From: Paraphysomonas bandaiensis
Lineage: Eukaryota > Protista > Chrysophyceae
Direction of reading: 5' to 3'
Length of the DNA stretch: 64,000 nucleotides
Assembly: GCA_965644295.1 (NCBI GenBank)
Contig: CBFFRP010000242.1
Span: forward strand, 62,001 to 126,000
This document shows, piece by piece, positions 24,060 through 36,085 of this stretch. Within the stretch, counting starts at the first letter, position 1; each line of letters starts with the position of its first letter. The notes under the pieces are model-generated. The model saw only the letters and a list, made by a program, of their open reading frames with translations, was not told the origin of the DNA and ran no database searches. A program made the position numbers and the translations under genes.

Positions 24060-25606
24060 ATGTTGGAATTAGAAAGTGCAGTCATGGAAGGGGATGTTGA
24101 GTTTATTAAGGATTATATACGTCGTGATGTGTGTGATTCATTGGTGGGTAATCTTATATATAGCCTATGAAACTATCAGTTAATGATATTACACACATAT
24201 ATAGGCTATAGAGAGTGCATTTTCCACTGCATTATTACAAAAAAACATTGATATTCTCAGGGCTTTTTATGATGAGGTGAGTTAGTAATATAGTTTGAGA
24301 AGTATAGTAGTAATTGTTTTGTGAAGAGTTCCAGACGGTTGTTCAGGTTTCTGTGGATAGCCATCGAACAAGGTCATCCCTATGCAGTCAGAGAACTAAT
24401 TACTGCGGGAGCTGATACTAAGTGGCTAAACGTATATCACTGATTCATATACCATAGTGTTGAGATGACATACTGTTGTGTCTATAGCAAAACACCACTC
24501 CATTGCACCTGGCAACCAAGCATGGTCACATTGGCGTAGTTCGGGTTCTTCTCGAATTCGGATGCGATATAATGGCAAGAAATATTGTAAGTCAATGAAA
24601 ATGTCAGAAATCATTATGAAAATGTCATAATATTTAAAACAGTACAATGCAACTGCTCTGCATGTGGCAGCTGAACTGAACCGCATTGATATAATCGAGG
24701 AACTAATCAATAGAGGAATTGACACATCAGCAAGAAATAGGGTATGTATTCCAACCTATGAGATTTTTTTAGATTGATAAAGTTAAATTGATTAGAACAT
24801 AGGTACCGCACTTCACATAGCCGCTGAGCAAGGTCACGTGGATGCAGTGAGAATACTTGCTCGTGCTGAAATCAGTTTTTCAAACAATGTATATCAATAA
24901 TTTCATATGGTAAATGTCTAACATATTGTCATTTCAAAAAGGATGAAGGCATTTCCGTACAAGATGATGTTGGCGTGATGGCTCGAAACCGCGTCAGTAT
25001 ATCATAATGTTTCTCTTTTTTTTCTCTCATTCGTGACGATATAGCATAGAGCCACTCCCCTTCATCTTGCTGCTGAAAATGGGCATGCAGAAACTATTCG
25101 AGCACTTCTTCTCGCAGGATCTCAAGTGAACGCTGTAAATGCGGTAATAATTCATGCTAGTTGTGTCTGCTTGTAGTAACATATGAATCTTTGCTTAGAT
25201 AGGAGACACAGCTCTTCGCTTTGCATGTGCCAAAAGCTCTGTGTTGTCAGTCCAAGAACTCATTGCAGCTGGAGCAGATGTTGAAATTTTAAATAATGTT
25301 TGTCTGTTGGTGGTGATTTTCTAATTTGACTTTGCCTGTACCCAGCGTGGCAGAAGTGCCATGGACGTTACGAACTGCACAACTATAAAAGCAATGCTCA
25401 CAGCAGAGATGGTAAGCATTGTGAGCCAATATTTTCTGTGTAATTTAATGTTGTAGAAGTGGAAGAGACGCAAGGAATTCATGGTATTTCTTTATTCGGC
25501 TGGTTTTTATGGGCAGGTAGAACAGTGTAATACCAAGAGGCATTCGACCTTGGTGAAAGTGTTTGAAAATCTAGACCTCTGTAGAGAAATATGTCAGTAT
25601 TTGTAG
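24060..25606 (+). CDS. Ankyrin-repeat protein (about 6 repeats, 11 exons); missed by the ORF track
   Basis: Exons encode TPLHLATKHGH, TALHVAAELNR, TALHIAAEQGH, TPLHLAAENGH and TALRFACAKSS. All introns phase 0 GT-AG. An extra upstream exon (ATG near 23935) is possible. Confidence 0.9.
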
Positions 25607-26215
25607 TCCGAACTTATTGCACTTACTGTTTATACTGCGATCTGTTTTCAATTGATATGATATATTGTATTCACTGTTAAAATTCGAATATATCGCTTCC
25701 TGTTTTCTACTGTAGTAGGTATTGGAGCAGCTTATATAAAAGCTAGCTTCTTTAGGAATGATGGCCTCTGAAATATCCTTGTCAGAAACTCTCTAAATAT
25801 TAATGTTGAGTCATTTTCACCCACATATTATGCTAGAATTGTACATAGTGCAAAACTTTAATTTTTGAAATATATTTCTCAAGTAGATAATATGTGACTA
25901 GCTATATTACAAATTGTGGCGCATGGCACATCAATACGCAAAGCAAGCAAGTAAACATTAGGTTCATAATCATCAAGGAGTTCTCGATTCATTTCCCACT
26001 TAGTAAATGGTAAGTACGAATTTCATTTATGTTTAATCAAATTCTTATTACGCGCTAGTTGTTAACGTCAGTACTTACATACAGATAATTGATACATATT
26101 ACATATAGTACGGTAAAATTTTCGATACTATATTCCATACTCACGCAGAGATAACAACAAAATGAAAAATAGTAATAATATATTATTGCATTTCGAATAT
26201 TACTAATTTCGTGAA

Positions 26216-26722
26216 TTATAGAGCTCTCCTCTGTTCAGAAGACTTCGTGGGTCGCTTAAAAATCTGGCAGTAAAGAATGACCATCAAATATCCAACTGCA
26301 ACAGCAGTCAATCCAAAAGCAGCCCATGCAAATATTGCAGCTGACAAACATGTTGATGACTCTCCCAATGACACTATCAGAGAACTTTCCGAATCACGAA
26401 ATTTAGACATGAGAACAGAGGGTTCACATAACATATTCGGCATTAGCATGTTTCCCAACTGGAGGAAGAGAGGCATCATTGCAAACTGTATCGGAGTTGC
26501 CAACATATTTACAGCAAGTGAAAATGCTTTCATTGTACCATTAACTCTAAATGGTGAACAGAATAATAGAGCAATCGTGGCGAACGTGGTTATCCCGGGA
26601 ATAGGAAACACTCCACCCCACAGGCCAATTGCAACACATTGTAATATATCAGATATCTCCATGTGAGAAGCTGGTTCCAGAATTGACTCTTGGAACCATT
26701 CACGAACTTTACTTAATTTCAT
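26216..26722 (-). CDS. DUF2062-like membrane protein
   Basis: VAIGLWGGVFPIPGITT, VNMLATPIQFAMMPLFLQLG and C-terminal TM AIFAWAAF fit the DUF2062 pattern; single exon. Confidence 0.72.
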   Translation of the reverse strand: MKLSKVREWFQESILEPASHMEISDILQCVAIGLWGGVFPIPGITTFATIALLFCSPFRVNGTMKAFSLAVNMLATPIQFAMMPLFLQLGNMLMPNMLCEPSVLMSKFRDSESSLIVSLGESSTCLSAAIFAWAAFGLTAVAVGYLMVILYCQIFKRPTKSSEQRRAL

Positions 26723-27459
26723 GTGAACTATAAAGTTTTGATCTATCTGTGTTATATATGAACACTCTGTACCTGAGACGTCCAGGAGGTATCTTTACGG
26801 CACTGTCTATAGGATAGGAATTCTATTGCTGACGTTCGTAACAATGCCAAATATTCCACAATTTCACTCTAGAACACATAAAATCTAATGATTTTACAGA
26901 GAGTGATGCTATTTTTACTAAGAAAAAGTCAAAAAAATCGAAATTTTCAAGAGGCCCAGGATAAGAACGACGGTATAAAAAGCCGTTTTCTATACAACTG
27001 AAATTCCGTTTGGGAATCCAACTTCGTACTTCCTTTTATTGATTATCCAATGAAATTTCTTTTGAATATAATGATTTGTTCAAAATCACTTGCAGGTAAC
27101 AATTGGGAATAGTTGGTGGTGTGAATTCCCTCCATTGTATGCATATATATATATATATGTATGTGCAGTACTGGAGTATGTATGTATAGAAAGCTATTGA
27201 TAGTTGTTGCAGTTGAATATAGTCACTACATTGAAATAACTATCTATATATGGTGACATAATTAAGGTCATTTCAAGATTGATATTGCATTAATTGAGAT
27301 TATAATTGTATTAAAGGGTTAGAGTTATTGTCGTATATATTAAAGATATTGTTAACGTGGCGTATGTATATATCATTCAATGTATATGTTCCTTAGATTT
27401 ATATATCGACACATGTATAGATACTGAACCATAACAGGAGTGTGTATATTATAACTAAG

Positions 27460-29264
27460 ATGCACGATACTTCTATATTAAAGGTAATATAATGCGTGTA
27501 TGTGTTCTGTGGATGATATGGATGTGTATATATATGAAGGGTGCTGTCTTGGATCCAGAGGAACACTTTGAACTACCTATTCGATATTATGATTTAAGAA
27601 ATCGTGTAAGAGATGGTACATTAGAATCAGGAGTACTTAGGAAGGTATGGTGGCCAGTGTTAGTAAAAGTAACTCCGAAGCAATCTTTGGAATCTTTGCC
27701 GGATATTCCACTATGTGCAAAGAAGATGTACACTTGGGGACTCCGGTTAGAGACTTCGAAGGATTCAATTGGCCCCATTTACCTGTCCTGGAATGAAGGA
27801 CCTGCCGAAAGTATCGCTTATAACGTCATTCGTCTTCTTGTTCAGCACTACGATATGGAGGATCCTGGTCTGGTGCAACCCCTTGTTTCCTATCTGGCCC
27901 GAACAATCACCAATTCTGCGATATGCTTCGCCATGTGCTGCGACTTGATGGATAGGCGAGATTGGTTTATCAACCCGACTGCCATCAGCCATCGCTCGAA
28001 GCTTTACGCTTTCAAAGAAATTTTGAAGCGAAGTATGCCTCAGACCTATACGACTTTGGCAAGACTTGGTGCACTTGCTGAAACGTTTCTAAACCATATT
28101 TTTGTCGATTTTTTCACGACCCTTTTTCCTGATCAATATGTTAACCGTATCGTAAGTGCCAATCCACGATATTGATTTTATTTTTGATTTATGTGACGTG
28201 CATCAGATTGATGTTTACTTATTAGACGGAGAAAAGGTTTTATTCCGGTACGGATTAGCCCTATTCGCATTACACAAGAAGCAAATAAAGTCCGGTCTCT
28301 ATAAGTAAGAGCGTGTGTACGTCATTCTTTTTAAAAACTCATAAACCACTTTAGATCGGGATTGAATTTTTGGGACGAAATTCAGAAGTATCGTACTGGA
28401 GATATGACACTTAACTTTGACGCATTCCATAATCTTGCGTTCGACTTGAACCAACCTTTCTACAAGAGTACTATAGTACCCAGTATGTTTACGTACAAGT
28501 TTCAATGGAAGCATGTTTATTTCTTATGTGTAGGTCGAGTCACTATTGATAGTCTGAAGACCATTGCCCGTGAAGTGCTTCCGGCCGATACTTTGTCGGC
28601 ACCGCTACATCTGCCCTATGCCATATCCCTCGCTAGCACGGAAAGTCCGAAAAATCTGCTCCACACGAAGAGCAAGATTCTTGACTTGTATGATGCTCGG
28701 CGTTTGCATGCATTTCTTCCTGAGTGCTCGCGATTAGAAGGCTTTGAACTTGTGTTCGCGACACACAAAGATGGATGGAACATCCACACTCTATATACCC
28801 TGGTGCAGGATCTCGCCCCATGTATCTTGATCCTTAAGTCAGTGGAAGAGCAGGCAGTTATAGGAGTATACCTCTCATGTCCTATGTCTCCCCCGTCCAC
28901 AAATGTGCGAGGAGATGGGGAGTGTTTCTGCTTCCGTTTGGACGGACCGAATAGCGCGTGTTACAGATGGGCATTGGGCCCCGACTCTTGCCCACTTTTA
29001 GAGAAAGGCGTTTACAAAGGAAGTGCCACATATTACCAATTTGCTGTTTGCAGTGATCAATTCATGTCTTTTGGTGGATCTAGTATTCATGGTACCAATG
29101 CTATACGCATATCCTCTGATCTTATTACATGTTCTTCCGGTCACTCTGATACTTATAACAACCCTCCCCTAACGCCAGATGAGCCGGACGATCCCTTTCA
29201 AATTGCGGAGTTGGAGGTCTTTTGTGGGTCAACTGCTATTCGAAATGCCAAGGGGGGTTTATAG
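27460..29264 (+). CDS. TBC (Rab-GAP-like) plus TLDc domain protein, TBC1D24-like architecture
   Basis: VRDG...LRKVWW and RIIDVYLLDGEKVLFRYGLALF (TBC); LVFATHKDGWNIHTLY, VIGVY, GDGECFCF, FGG and SDTYNNPPL...FQIAELEVF (TLDc). Confidence 0.87.
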
Positions 29265-32134
29265 ATTAGACGTTTCATATACCATATATTCGTGAGCTGT
29301 AGTTCATTGGAACGCCGCAATTGCATTTGTATATTTGTGAACTTTTATATTGTTTAAAGTGTTAGTCGCAGTAGACGATTGCCAACGTTTTTCTAGTTTT
29401 AATCTCCACGTTACTTAATTTTAAACATTGAGGATTCACTCTAAAAGTGTATAGCTTCGTGACGGTAAATGTTGTAATAGTATGAATCTCTGTAAAGAGA
29501 TCTAGTGGTTATTGTATGCATCTATGATTGCGCTCTCTCAATTCGTCATTTAGCAATTGATTCCTTTTTTATTACTGTAATTATTAAGATCACATAATAA
29601 CCAAACCCACTACGTTGGCAAGCTAATTAAATACTTTAACAATTCGACATAATGAGGCTGCATCATGTATCATTCCGCATCATAATTTTGAATCGAGGGG
29701 AAAATGTCTTGATTTTAAAATTTGGAGGACCGATCCTCTTTATTCCACAATTATATTGTAGCTTCTCTTCAAGCTGGCTCTGCAGATCATAAGTCATTTA
29801 AACCGAGAGCTATTATTGAAGCTGGAGGATTGTAATATAGAGAGGTTATTTGTTTTCTACCTGTTTAATATAACGTTTCTCTCCGGTAGTGACGTGAGTT
29901 CGATACTGATTAAAATAGCGAGAGCAGTAATAAATATTATATAATGCAGGAAGTATTAGAATCAATTGTAGTGGGTAGAGTCTACAAGAGTCATAATCTT
30001 ATTATTATACAGTCTAGCTCTTAATTACTTTCATCGACCTTGGGTCTCCTTTGTTGCGTTTTATTCTGATATCGCACTATTAATTTAGGCCGACTAGCTT
30101 GTGATATTTTTTTGATTACGTATGGAGTAGTGATTATGTAGTCGAGTACGATTTCTGCATCTATATGATCTATAATATTGTATATATATAAAGTGATATA
30201 TGAGATATATGATTGAACCATGTCAATACAGTAGTTGGAATAGCTCATCTGTAACCGGGTAATTTTTAACTAAAAATCTAGTCATAAATTACGGTCTCGT
30301 CATATAGTAAAGTCCTATCAATCTCCAATCAATGCGACATAGTTTAGGTGATGCATTCAGCACTGACAAGGGAGCGCACCGCAATTTGTGGGGTTTTACG
30401 CTCATAAGATAAGCGGGGCTATTGAACTTCACTTCGACTTGGTCCTTAGAGTCTGCTCAATTCTCATTCGATTACAACAATAAAGTAGCTCTGCAATCGT
30501 TAATTGATAGCTAGACAAAAGGATAGCTAGCTCTGCAATTTTCTAATTACAACAATGTGGAAAGTTTTGTGTTCGACGAAGCGAACACCACAACCACTAC
30601 GTCAACCTATGCATAATCAAATTTGTAATTAATAATAGACAACGCATTTATCCACGTAACGAGGCAGCGATATCAAAAATGATATAACGAACTACTTCAT
30701 CTACTATGACAAGGTTGCAAAATATTTTTCTAATAGTATAATAAGCCCTATAATGTTATAAATTATAAATACTACTGCATCTATATTCACTTAGTGTTAT
30801 ATATAAAGTTTACATACTCATATCGAAATTTTCGCTTATGTATTCCATTAAATATGAAGTTTACGTATGTTATTCGATCTAATTCTACATTAGTCACATA
30901 GTAAAATATTTTCTGGTTGCTTAGTCAAGTATGACCCCGTGTTGGTCAAGACACAAGCTGCACACAATTGGTGGTATTGTGCTTTTTGCAAAGAAAAAAT
31001 ATATATCGTGTAATATATTTACCTCTAAAAATATGAAGAGATAGTAGTGTGGTGCTCTATGGTTCATTAGCTGTCTTGAAAAATCTATACTTTCCCATTG
31101 TGGCAAAAGGCTTCCCTGTAACAACTTTCTATATCATTCTGATTATGTTACTCGTGTCATGAATTCATGAACAGTATAACGTAATCACCTTGTATAAAAT
31201 AACCAAAAACAATACACCGCTAACTTTTTAACATAAGCATTCTATATGTTTCTAATGATATTAAAAAACGTGTTCCTGTAGCATAAAAAGATTTCTTAGA
31301 AGTAATAAACGGAACCGTATAGTATATAGACCTATACGAAGAGAAAAAAACAATATCAGTGCGGGAATATTGCACTTTTCAGTATCAGAAATGTTACGAG
31401 CTGAAATCGCCGCAGTCATCATCGCAGACTAGACGTCTCTGACCCTTCTGAATATCTTGCGCTTGGGTGTATTCTACGGTGTAGAATCCATTGTGTTTCA
31501 CAGAAGCGTAAAAATGGTACCCAGAACGATTCGTTTCGATGTTCAAAGCTTTTGCTATGTTGAGCATGCGCTTTCCGTTTTCTGCTAGGTCCCTTGTGTT
31601 TGTAAGGCTTGTTGGAAGGTTGCACAGAGCGCTTGCAAGAGGTGCGTTGCATAACAAGAGAAGTAGTAGTCAACATTCCAATCCTTACAGGCTACGGTAC
31701 GGCAAAACTATATATTATGCATGCATTTATTAACAATGAGCACTTGCAGTGGTGTGTGGAAGTGCAAGTTGTATATGTATGGTGGTATGATCGCACATCG
31801 TTTCCCTGACCGTTAAATGCTTCTTCACCAGAGGTGGGGTTTTTAGTTCCTTTCCTCTCAATATTTCATGGATTTCTTCACCGGATAGTGCAAAAAGACT
31901 TGATTTATTGATGATATTCAATAAATTTAGGATTTTATAATTTTGGGAATGCAGAAAACGAAGTATATGCAACAATGTCCCTATAAACTTGTACACAATA
32001 TACCACTCTGGTGTATATATATACAGTATATATATACGAACATCTCAGTGCAACAGAGTTACATAGGCATTCATGCATCAATAGAGTAATAATTGATCTG
32101 TATTGCATAAATATCACCCAGTAGAGTTATAGTG

Positions 32135-33904
32135 ATGTGGTTAATTAGTTTTATTATTGCTGTGTGTTTGTCTGTGGTAGTGGAGTCATGTCAGCGTCTT
32201 GATGTTAGTAGTGTACTATTAAATCTGCATCATAACTCTTTCAGAGCTCTCACTGCAGAGGAATCTCTCAATGCTGGGTTCCGATCGGGTCGAGGAGCAT
32301 ATGTTTCTGAAGATCTTGATACACCATTGTATTTGTATCATACAGTTGCTGATCCTCATGGGTTTGGTGTTGGGAGATGGGTTGTTTACGATAGCCCTGG
32401 TCCGAACACAGTAGCTCATGCATATGTGGACTCTTGGGCGGTCATGCCACATCTTGTGCATGCTATTAACGACCCAGAAAAATCATCATGGAACGTATAC
32501 GTAGGAAACGAGTGGAAAAGCGATAATGACTTTGTTGTCAAGTGCACTACCTTGAAGAATGTAGACCCTCTAATTCCGTCCGATGACAACACAATATACT
32601 TGGAAGTTCATGGATTTCCATGGCATATGTCTGGTTTCTATGTTCAAATTGGAGATAGTAACGAAATGCCAGTCTATTCACACGTTCATGCTGATGGTGA
32701 TACTCAGTTGTATCTCTACAAAAAGGAATCGACATGGGTGATAGGAGAAGAAATAGGGTCAGACCGCGGATTAGCTTACGTGGTTGATAGCTCCAGTATA
32801 CCAGGCCGAATTACACACCCTAATTGGTATTACAGTCGCAATAATGTGTGGGAAGAGCACCGGACGGCCATAGTGCACGCTACCCGAAAACTCAACCTGT
32901 ATGCTCGCTTAAAGGAGTACCGCAGTATACCTTATCTTCCTCCGGGACAAACTTATCACCGCCTCAGGCATGATATCCCGATGCCATCTATAGGGCTAGG
33001 TACTGGGAATATTCCTATTGAAGAAATGAAGTCTACCATAAACACCGCTATGCAACTGGGATACCGAATGTAGGTTACCATCTATGACGTATTGGATATA
33101 TGACATATTCCGATGTAGGTTTGATATGGCGAGGGAGTATGGGAATGAGGGCATTATGGGCGAGATTTTGTCTCACTCTGGTGATGGGGTAATTCCAGTG
33201 CGACATGAAATATACCTCGTGTCCAAGGTATGGCCTACTGAGCTTGGGTTCACCACCACAAGTTCGGCTATTTCTCAGTCGCTGCAGGACATGGAGACAG
33301 CATATGTAGATTTATATATGCTCCACTGGCCCTGGTAAACCTCTTTCTGTGCAATATATTATTCGTAATGTAGTACAGGTGTGTACAAGAATGGCCCTGG
33401 ATGCATTGTGAGACGACTGTAGATCCAGCGGGCACATGGGTACAGTCCTACAAGTCATTGGAGAGGGCCTATGCGGAGGGTAGGGTGGCCTCGATTGGAG
33501 TCAGCAACTTCAACGTGGGATTGCTACAGGATGTCAAATCAGCCGCTGTTGTGTCTCCTCATGTGGTACAGAACCATGCCACCCTCTCTAATATGGACAT
33601 GGATGTACGTCAGTGGTGCTCGGACAATGGCGCCGCATATATGCCGTACTCTTCGCAGAGAGAGATTCATGTTCTGCCCAAAAGTACCCAGAAAGTTATC
33701 AGAGAGACTGCCAAGGCACATAAAGCGAATCAGCACGCTGTGGTCACACGTTTTTTTCTGCAAACAGGGGCAGTTGTCATCCCTCGCTCTACTAAACCGG
33801 TACACTTGAAAGAGAACATTGAACTTGTACAGTCCTTCACATTAAGTGAAGATGAAATGGGTGCATTGGGTTGGCCATACTCTCCGTGGCACAGTGAGTT
33901 GTAG
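32135..33904 (+). CDS. Aldo-keto reductase fused to a signal peptide and about 260-aa repeat region (3 exons)
   Basis: MPSIGLGT, GYRMFDMAREYGNE, SKVWP, YVDLYMLHWP, SIGVSNF, VQN, VIPRS, HLKEN; catalytic D-Y-K-H tetrad present. Confidence 0.9.
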
Positions 33905-34673
33905 GATTTTGTTTGTTAGAGATATATTGAATATCAGTGCACATGCATTTCAATATTAACATTTATATTTTTTAAACCCTTAGCCTTTACAGGGCACCTT
34001 CTGTAGCTGTAGTACGAAGGGTATGAATTAATATTTTAGTCTCTCATCTTTCAGCTATAGAGTGCAAACATACATTTATTATGGCATCATGGTATGTTAG
34101 CTGAAAAAAATTAATTTCACCTAATCGCGTATCACATATATGAAAGGCTCTTATGATATAATCAAACTCGAGGATACATAAACCGGCTTGTTGCAATGGT
34201 GCTCTTGATATAACACATTGTCGAACACGTTGTCTACGTATATAAAAAGTAGTTCATACATATTTGTCCCTACTAAACTAAAAAGTGCATTTCTTCCTCT
34301 TTATTATGCGGACATTCCTAATTAGTTCATAGTTTTATCGATTCTACTAAACTTCAATAAGGCTCAACTAGAACAAATAGAATATTTCGTAGGTTTAATA
34401 GTGACACCGACACTTACGGACTAAAGACTGCCCTCGCACTTCCTTCTTCACCAAATATCTAAGTACTAAGTGCAACATTGTAAAGTCGAATAATGGTCTT
34501 TCTAATACAAAAGTTATTATAATACAGTGGAGTTTATAATATGAAATTTATTATTCAGTTATTCAACTCCAAATACGCAATCGAAGTAAAGTACTTGTAC
34601 GACAATGAGTACATATCGCAATATATCATGGGCAAAGCTCGATACATTGCAAATTCATAAATTTCAAAGACAT

Positions 34674-35489
34674 TTACATCTTAGTTTTGCGAAGATTGAA
34701 GAGTTTTTTTATCAATGCTTGCCTCATACGAAAATTTTGCATCAAAAGAGAGAGAGAGACAACGGATATGTAGATAATAACAATCATACATCCACCAGTT
34801 GCGACATCAGCTGCAGGGTAAGGTAAACTTAACTCCGCTGTTGCACTTAAAGCTAACGAAAGAGAAACAGTTCCTGGAAATATGTGAAACCCCATGGCTG
34901 ATATGAGTAGAGAATTGCGACGAACGAAGTTACATACTTGTCCCGCTGGTGTGGAATTGAGGGCAACCAAGAAGACAGTAGATGTAAGCAAACTACCAGC
35001 ATTATATAAGAAACTAAATGAAAGAAACCCGTACTTCCAAGTCAATAGTTCTTCATGTAATCCTTCATCGTTGTTTAAGAACCATAAGCTACGTAAAATC
35101 ACAGACTTTGTTTGTCCTGCAATTTGTTTTTCTTTCATTGGTTCTTGAAGTAATACAGAGCCACTTATACCACATAGTAGAGCAAAGACAACAGTTAAAG
35201 TTGTTGCCAATCCATGAACACGGTCATACATAGCATGCTCGTTTGGAATTACATAAGGCAGTTCCGAAAAAGGATTGAAGAATCTTACAATGAAAGGCCG
35301 CTTTGATGCCTTGATTAGATCGTCTATATGCGGGCGATCTATGATCGTTAAATTCCCTTCATTTGATGTATTTTCCCATGAAACATATCTACGAGTGTGA
35401 TAGCTTAGCAGTAGAGAGTGTTTTATGTATTGTTTTCTTGTAAGTCTGCTGTATATACGTATGACAGGGAACAGATGATTACACAGCAT
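34674..35489 (-). CDS. Hypothetical protein with about 4 TM helices and a basic N-terminal presequence
   Basis: Long intronless ORF with first ATG at 35489; hydrophobic segments LATTLTVVFALLCGISG, FLSFSFLYNAGSLLTSTVFL and GCMIVIIYISVVSL. Confidence 0.7.
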   Translation of the reverse strand: MLCNHLFPVIRIYSRLTRKQYIKHSLLLSYHTRRYVSWENTSNEGNLTIIDRPHIDDLIKASKRPFIVRFFNPFSELPYVIPNEHAMYDRVHGLATTLTVVFALLCGISGSVLLQEPMKEKQIAGQTKSVILRSLWFLNNDEGLHEELLTWKYGFLSFSFLYNAGSLLTSTVFLVALNSTPAGQVCNFVRRNSLLISAMGFHIFPGTVSLSLALSATAELSLPYPAADVATGGCMIVIIYISVVSLSLLMQNFRMRQALIKKLFNLRKTKM

Positions 35490-35702
35490 TACAAGACTTA
35501 GATACTTAGACAATTATTGTGTGATGTGCTTCTCTTCGCTGTAAGTTGATGTGAGGTAAATGTATTCTACTCTGCTGTTGTTATTCTCACTGCCTCTATA
35601 TGGATGCTATCTATTGATGTGGACAAGCAAGATCTCCTGTACACAGATGTCCGTACTGTACATACAGAGTACAAATATACTACAGCGAGTGGAGCAGTAT
35701 TT

Positions 35703-35755
35703 TATGTGTATGTACGTATGTATGTATGTATGTATGTACATATGTATGTATGTAC

Positions 35756-35786
<31 letters not shown>

Positions 35787-35798
35787 TGTACATATGTA
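35703..35798. repeat. (TATG)n microsatellite in a divergent promoter
   Basis: More than 20 near-perfect TATG/TACA units. Confidence 0.9.
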
Positions 35799-36085
35799 CT
35801 GTTGCCAGAGATTTCTAAAATATCACCATATACGAAGTAGTAGGTATATCCCTCCGTATGATTGGTGTACAGGTACACAGACTACTGATAATGAAGAAGA
35901 AAGTTTATATAATGGATTCAGATCACTTCGACTTCACATATAGTGAAGTTCAACAGTATGTCTACACTATGACAAGTTACCATATCGACATGATTATTCT
36001 GTATAATTACAGTACTTTATATATATGTATGAAATGACTGGAAATATACGTATGAGATTACTACCAAGAGATTAGTTTAATAACT

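Noticed and set aside
29660-30250. Possible small spliced minus-strand gene
   Set aside because: Short frames, no clear start and no recognisable motif.
31394-31996. Overlapping minus-strand ORFs opposite the AKR promoter
   Set aside because: Position suits a divergent partner gene, but several frames are equally open and no consistent splice model emerged.
13843-35943. MYVCMYV-type ORFs (13843, 17040-17698, 35560) and antisense ORFs within genes
   Set aside because: Translations of TATG microsatellites or shadows of real exons.
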